Origin: a virus
Taxonomy: Duplodnaviria; Caudoviricetes
Length of the DNA: 47,164 bases
Direction: 5' to 3' (one strand)
IMG/VR virus record: IMGVR_UViG_3300030433_001712
Span: 1 to 47,164 of that record
A program made the translations under genes and the position numbers. The stretch's first letter is position 1. Each line of letters opens with the position of its first letter. The notes beneath the pieces are model-generated. The model worked only from the letters and a program-made list of their open reading frames with translations, did not search any database and was not told where the DNA came from. Shown here piece after piece: positions 43,055-47,164 of this stretch.

Positions 43055-45504
43055 TATTGTCTGATGATGTTGTTTACGATTTCATCGGTGGATGGCTCGC
43101 TATCTCCGCCTTCCAACTCTTCTCTTTCTCCTTGTCTTTGAGAGATCAGCTTGCTCTGTTCGACAGCCTGCTTCTGAACTCTCTCGTCTTTTCTATCCTC
43201 CTTGAGCACCTCAAGCTTCTCTTTGAACTCTTGCTCCTCTGTTCTGAATCCGAGGGTGGCCTGAGCTCTAATCATTTCGATCTCCTTGCGCATCTCGTGC
43301 TCCATCTGCATACGCTGCATTTCAAGCTGGTGCTTCATCTGAACCATCTGAGCTTCGGTTTGAGCTTGCATCTGAGACTCCTGAGCCTTGAGCTGGGCTG
43401 CCTGCTGTGCAGACTGCTGCTGAATCTGAGCCTGCATCTGAGAGTTCTGCTGAGCCATCTTCTGGTTTCTAGCGATACGCTTTTTACGGCGCACGATCAA
43501 CAGACGCTCAGCCTGATTGATGTCTTTGAGCTGTCTAATTGCAATCGCATCTTCGATGTCCAACTCTTTCTGAGCAAGGGATGCTTGGATGTTTTGCTCC
43601 AAGTATTGCTTCTCGATCTCCTCCATCTCCTTCACTACGTGAACTCCGAAGTTAAACATGACGAGATCCTTGAATGCATTCAGGACCTTCATGTTCTCCT
43701 CTCCGATGGCATTTGTGTACGCCTTGTAGATCACAGACTGCTTTGGCAGGATCTGTAAGCACTTGACGATGTCTGCACAAACCTTCTTGAACAACACCAT
43801 GGATGAGTTCGTGATGTCGTAGATCGCATTGTTTCCTGCAGCGATAGCTTGCTGACGAACACCGACAAGCTGCTCACCTTTAGGAGTAGTACCATCCATT
43901 GCCTCGTTGATTCCCGTGGTGTCACGGATCATGCGGAGGTAGTGGTTGTACAGAGCGATGAACTCGTTGATGTTGCGAACAGAGTTTCCGATCTCACGGA
44001 TTGGAGGGTTCTGGAATCCACCCTCTGGGTTCTTGCTTCTGTAGTAGAAGACACCAGTCTGCTCGTAGATGTCATGCAACTCAAGAGGCTGAAGCTCACC
44101 GCCCTTACCGAGCTGAACGTTCTCCAGTCCCTCGATGTCAATGATGATCCCGTCAGGCTTCGCCTTGGCTACCGCCTGCTGAATCTTGAGGTGAGTCAAC
44201 TGAAGCTGATCCGCAAACCCGATGCAGCTGTCGACCATAGACTTAGGGATCATGTTCTCCAAGTTGGTCGCAACGATGGAGTATGAAAGGCTAGCTCTGG
44301 AGAGGTCGTGAATGTTCTTAGGGATGTTAGTCTTGATCCCGTAGTTGATCACGTAGTCACAGCCCATGAGGTAGATGCCACCGTAAACGGTTTCAACCTC
44401 CAGACTAGAAGACTTCCTCTCAAACACAGAGTTGGTCGGAGCCTTGTAGCCCTCTGGCTTCTTGTAGAAACCTTCGTTGCCGTACTTGCTCTTCTTGCTC
44501 TCGTAGCTCATCCTGTCTACAGACTTGAACTCAAAATCAAGGATCTCCAACATGTACTGGTCGTACCCGTACCTAGTTTGATTCAGGTGCTTGTCGTAAG
44601 AGGTGCTGTACATGTCCGTGGTGTCGTACTTGTACTTCTTTGCAACCTTCTCTGCAATCTTCTGAAACTCTTCTTCTTCGATCTGACCGTTGGCCATGCG
44701 CTTCAACTCCTGAATAGAGATGCGGCGAACTTCACCAGCGTAGATAAGATCGCCAAAGTTGGGGTCCTCGGTGTGGCTGTGGATGAGCCTGGCTGGATCG
44801 ACGTATCTAGTCTTGATCCCGTAGTTAGGATCATTGCTTCTCTTGACAGCAGCAATACCAATCGAAACCAAGTCGTTCACACATCGTCTGTACACGGAAT
44901 CATTGAAGTCATTCCACTTCAAGGTCATGTTCGTTGCAATCTGAGCGGCAATCTCAGATGACGACTTGATGTTGTTGTCCATGAAGATCTCCGCCTCCTC
45001 AAGAGTGTCTGGCAAGTTCTCTACGTCTCCGATGTCTACGCCAGTCTTTTCTTGGATTCTCTTGAGCTGCTGCTTGTTCTTCACAAGGGCAGTAGTCTTT
45101 CTTCTCTCCTTTTCTTTTTCTGAAGAAGACAAGGGGTCAACCGCCTCAAGGTTTGGATACGGCTCAGTAGACAGAATCTTGTTTGTTACAATCCGAACAA
45201 ACTTCGGGAGAATCGGCACTGGGGTAAAGTCCAGGTTCAAGAAGCTGCCATCGCCGTTGCTCGGATCCATACTGGTCAGGAGCTGTCGGTAGATCGCAGT
45301 GTCTTGGGTGCCGTTGGCATACGCCCTATTTCTGTCAAACACCTTGCTGCGCTTGCGCATCAGCGAGTTGTCTTGTTCGATAGATCCCCACTGACTTGCA
45401 ATAGCCTTAGCGTATTTCAAGCCGTACTCTCTGCTTTCCTTTACAGACCTGGGCTGCAGAGGATCAGGGAATCCAGTTTTGTTTTTGTGTTGCTTGCCGT
45501 ACAT
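43054..45504 (-). CDS. Portal protein (crAss-like)
   Basis: 816 aa directly after TerL; PVPILPKFV.I, YVDP..L.HS, TGINEA.DG; Gln-rich C-terminal coiled-coil barrel. Confidence 0.88.
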   Translation of the reverse strand: MYGKQHKNKTGFPDPLQPRSVKESREYGLKYAKAIASQWGSIEQDNSLMRKRSKVFDRNRAYANGTQDTAIYRQLLTSMDPSNGDGSFLNLDFTPVPILPKFVRIVTNKILSTEPYPNLEAVDPLSSSEKEKERRKTTALVKNKQQLKRIQEKTGVDIGDVENLPDTLEEAEIFMDNNIKSSSEIAAQIATNMTLKWNDFNDSVYRRCVNDLVSIGIAAVKRSNDPNYGIKTRYVDPARLIHSHTEDPNFGDLIYAGEVRRISIQELKRMANGQIEEEEFQKIAEKVAKKYKYDTTDMYSTSYDKHLNQTRYGYDQYMLEILDFEFKSVDRMSYESKKSKYGNEGFYKKPEGYKAPTNSVFERKSSSLEVETVYGGIYLMGCDYVINYGIKTNIPKNIHDLSRASLSYSIVATNLENMIPKSMVDSCIGFADQLQLTHLKIQQAVAKAKPDGIIIDIEGLENVQLGKGGELQPLELHDIYEQTGVFYYRSKNPEGGFQNPPIREIGNSVRNINEFIALYNHYLRMIRDTTGINEAMDGTTPKGEQLVGVRQQAIAAGNNAIYDITNSSMVLFKKVCADIVKCLQILPKQSVIYKAYTNAIGEENMKVLNAFKDLVMFNFGVHVVKEMEEIEKQYLEQNIQASLAQKELDIEDAIAIRQLKDINQAERLLIVRRKKRIARNQKMAQQNSQMQAQIQQQSAQQAAQLKAQESQMQAQTEAQMVQMKHQLEMQRMQMEHEMRKEIEMIRAQATLGFRTEEQEFKEKLEVLKEDRKDERVQKQAVEQSKLISQRQGEREELEGGDSEPSTDEIVNNIIRQ

Positions 45505-45511
45505 CTAATTG

Positions 45512-45519
45512 CAAATATA
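45512..45519 (-). promoter_or_regulatory. TATATTTG -7 element, 7 nt before the portal ATG
   Basis: Minus strand TATATTTG-CAATTAG-ATG. Confidence 0.7.
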
Positions 45520-45525
45520 GCAAAA

Positions 45526-47163
45526 TCAGGAGTGCCACTGTTTCGGCTTGTATTTGCGGAAGAACTTCTTTTCGGTGAAGTCCGACTTGGGCTTTTCCGC
45601 CTTGGCTTTTTGAGCTGCAAGAAGAGCAAGTCCAGAACTGATGGTCAAGTCAAACTTGGTTCTGTTTGTAATCTTGTACCCAATCCAATCCTCCAAGGTC
45701 CTGTTGAAGTACATGTTGCCCACCTCGTCAGTCTCTGCCTTCAGTCCGACGTGATCGTGTATGTACGTCTCAATCGCGTGAGCGTGAGACTGAATGACGT
45801 CTGTAGAGTTTGACGGGATGCCCTTTGTCTTTACGCTAACCTTTGAGCTAGACGACGTGAGGTGCGCTGGCCTGTCCAGAAGATACTCGTCATACCCCCT
45901 GGACTCAAAGTACCTTACGATACCATATTTGTTATTCTCTACAAGAAGTGGGTATCCGTAGTAGAAGGCGGCCATGAGCACGTCTTCATAGAAGATGCTT
46001 GCAAGGTCTGGCCTTGATGCGTACTCAACGACAAACATGTTTGACGGAGCGTGCATGTTAAACTTATTGTAGAGATGAAGAGCTCCCTTCGAGCCTCTTC
46101 CATCCACTGTCTGGTCAAGGTCATAAGAGTCAACACCTCCAACACCAATATGGCTATTACCAGGTTTCTTTTTGCCTCGGTACTCAATGACCTTATTCCT
46201 ATCCTGCGCATCTGGGTGCCAAGATACTCTGAATCTGCCATTTGGGTTTGGAGAGAAGATAACCTCCTTGTCCTTCTCCTTCCACATGAAGTTACCCCTG
46301 ACTACAGGGTTGGGGAACATGTTGTTGTTCCAGTCTATCTGCTGATAGATCTTGCCGATGTTGAACAGACTCCCCTCAATACTATCACGGAAGGCTTCGT
46401 CCTCAGTAAACGGAAACTGTCTGACGACCTCATTGAGTTCTGACGGGTCGTTCTTTAGGCTGTCCCTCTCGTTCTTGAGGTACGTCTTGGACCCAACATC
46501 GATGTGCTCACCGTCAATGCCGCGCACGGCACTGTCTGGGTCTTCTGTAACTGCATTGCCATACTCATCAAAGAACCCCTCCAGGGCGTCGTAAGCTGGT
46601 ATAAATATGCGATAGAGGCCGCTTTTAGTCCGACCGTTTGCATTGCGTTCATGTGGATTCGAATCTTCCCATAGGGTCTTATACTCTTCCCCACCTTTGT
46701 CCATGGGGTTCACTGTACTCCCTACAAGAGCCTTGCCAATGATGCGTCGACCGACAATAAGGCAGGTTCTTTCAATTCGCCACGCCTCTCTAATATCGAC
46801 TGGCTTCTCCCACTTCCCTGCCTCGTCAAGGTAAAGCATGTGCAGCTTCTCCCCGTCATAGGCGTTGTTGGTGGTGTTCTTCCAGTTGATGATGGTGTTC
46901 AGTGCATCACCAGCTCTGGAGGTCTTGTTGTTCTTCGTGATGCGCTTTGATGGCTCACGGAATGCCAGCTCCATGCGAGGGTTCGTGGTACCGTCCTGGA
47001 TCGGCTTGAAGAAGAATGGATATGACTTGAAGATCGGAACGACCTTCTTCATGAAGATGTTCTCTTGTGAGTCTTTACCAGTCTTCGACTGTATTCCAAG
47101 CAGCTTGTCTTTAACCTGCGTAGCTTCGTCGACAAGTACAGAAGCACAGATATTAGTGTACCC
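45526..47163 (-). CDS. terL: Terminase large subunit (5'-truncated by window edge)
   Basis: Frame is open to the edge (GYTNICAS...); Walker B YLDEAGKW, GSTVN, QFP.TE.EAF, GGVDSYD, VENNK, FDLTISSG. Confidence 0.92.
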   Translation of the reverse strand, partial: GYTNICASVLVDEATQVKDKLLGIQSKTGKDSQENIFMKKVVPIFKSYPFFFKPIQDGTTNPRMELAFREPSKRITKNNKTSRAGDALNTIINWKNTTNNAYDGEKLHMLYLDEAGKWEKPVDIREAWRIERTCLIVGRRIIGKALVGSTVNPMDKGGEEYKTLWEDSNPHERNANGRTKSGLYRIFIPAYDALEGFFDEYGNAVTEDPDSAVRGIDGEHIDVGSKTYLKNERDSLKNDPSELNEVVRQFPFTEDEAFRDSIEGSLFNIGKIYQQIDWNNNMFPNPVVRGNFMWKEKDKEVIFSPNPNGRFRVSWHPDAQDRNKVIEYRGKKKPGNSHIGVGGVDSYDLDQTVDGRGSKGALHLYNKFNMHAPSNMFVVEYASRPDLASIFYEDVLMAAFYYGYPLLVENNKYGIVRYFESRGYDEYLLDRPAHLTSSSSKVSVKTKGIPSNSTDVIQSHAHAIETYIHDHVGLKAETDEVGNMYFNRTLEDWIGYKITNRTKFDLTISSGLALLAAQKAKAEKPKSDFTEKKFFRKYKPKQWHS

Positions 47164-47164
47164 A

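Overview
This 47-kb window is a fragment of a lytic, crAss-like podophage genome, read in standard code 11. The host is probably an aquatic member of the Bacteroidota/Flavobacteriales (inference). There are two convergent arms. The + arm (1-8341) carries recombination, replication and nucleotide genes: an SSAP fragment, a PD-(D/E)XK exonuclease, SSB, DUF3310, a VirE_N/BT4734-type primase fused to an SF4 helicase, a T7 endo I-like resolvase and a class Id-type NrdB/NrdA pair. The - arm (47164-8344) carries TerL, portal, a 2897-aa collagen-like fibre, a second fibre, scaffold, MCP, ring and muzzle proteins, three cargo/ejection proteins, a membrane/lysis cluster and four small basic proteins. 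The most notable feature is the 3089-aa cargo protein. It shows no virion-RNAP signature and instead looks like an injected polyprotein. It has a SAM-lyase-like domain, an EExxH zincin and an EndoIII-like HhH glycosylase domain with the K-x17-D-S-H pattern. Five R[RK]SS[GR]xL linkers begin right after the peptidase, and an A10 slippery tract lies near the 5' end. Other observations are exact TATATTTG promoters 4 nt before late-gene ATGs (leaderless mRNAs), a candidate ~68-nt sRNA at the arm junction and an unannotated 19-aa amphipathic peptide coupled to the holin. All family calls come from motif recognition by eye; no database searches were run.
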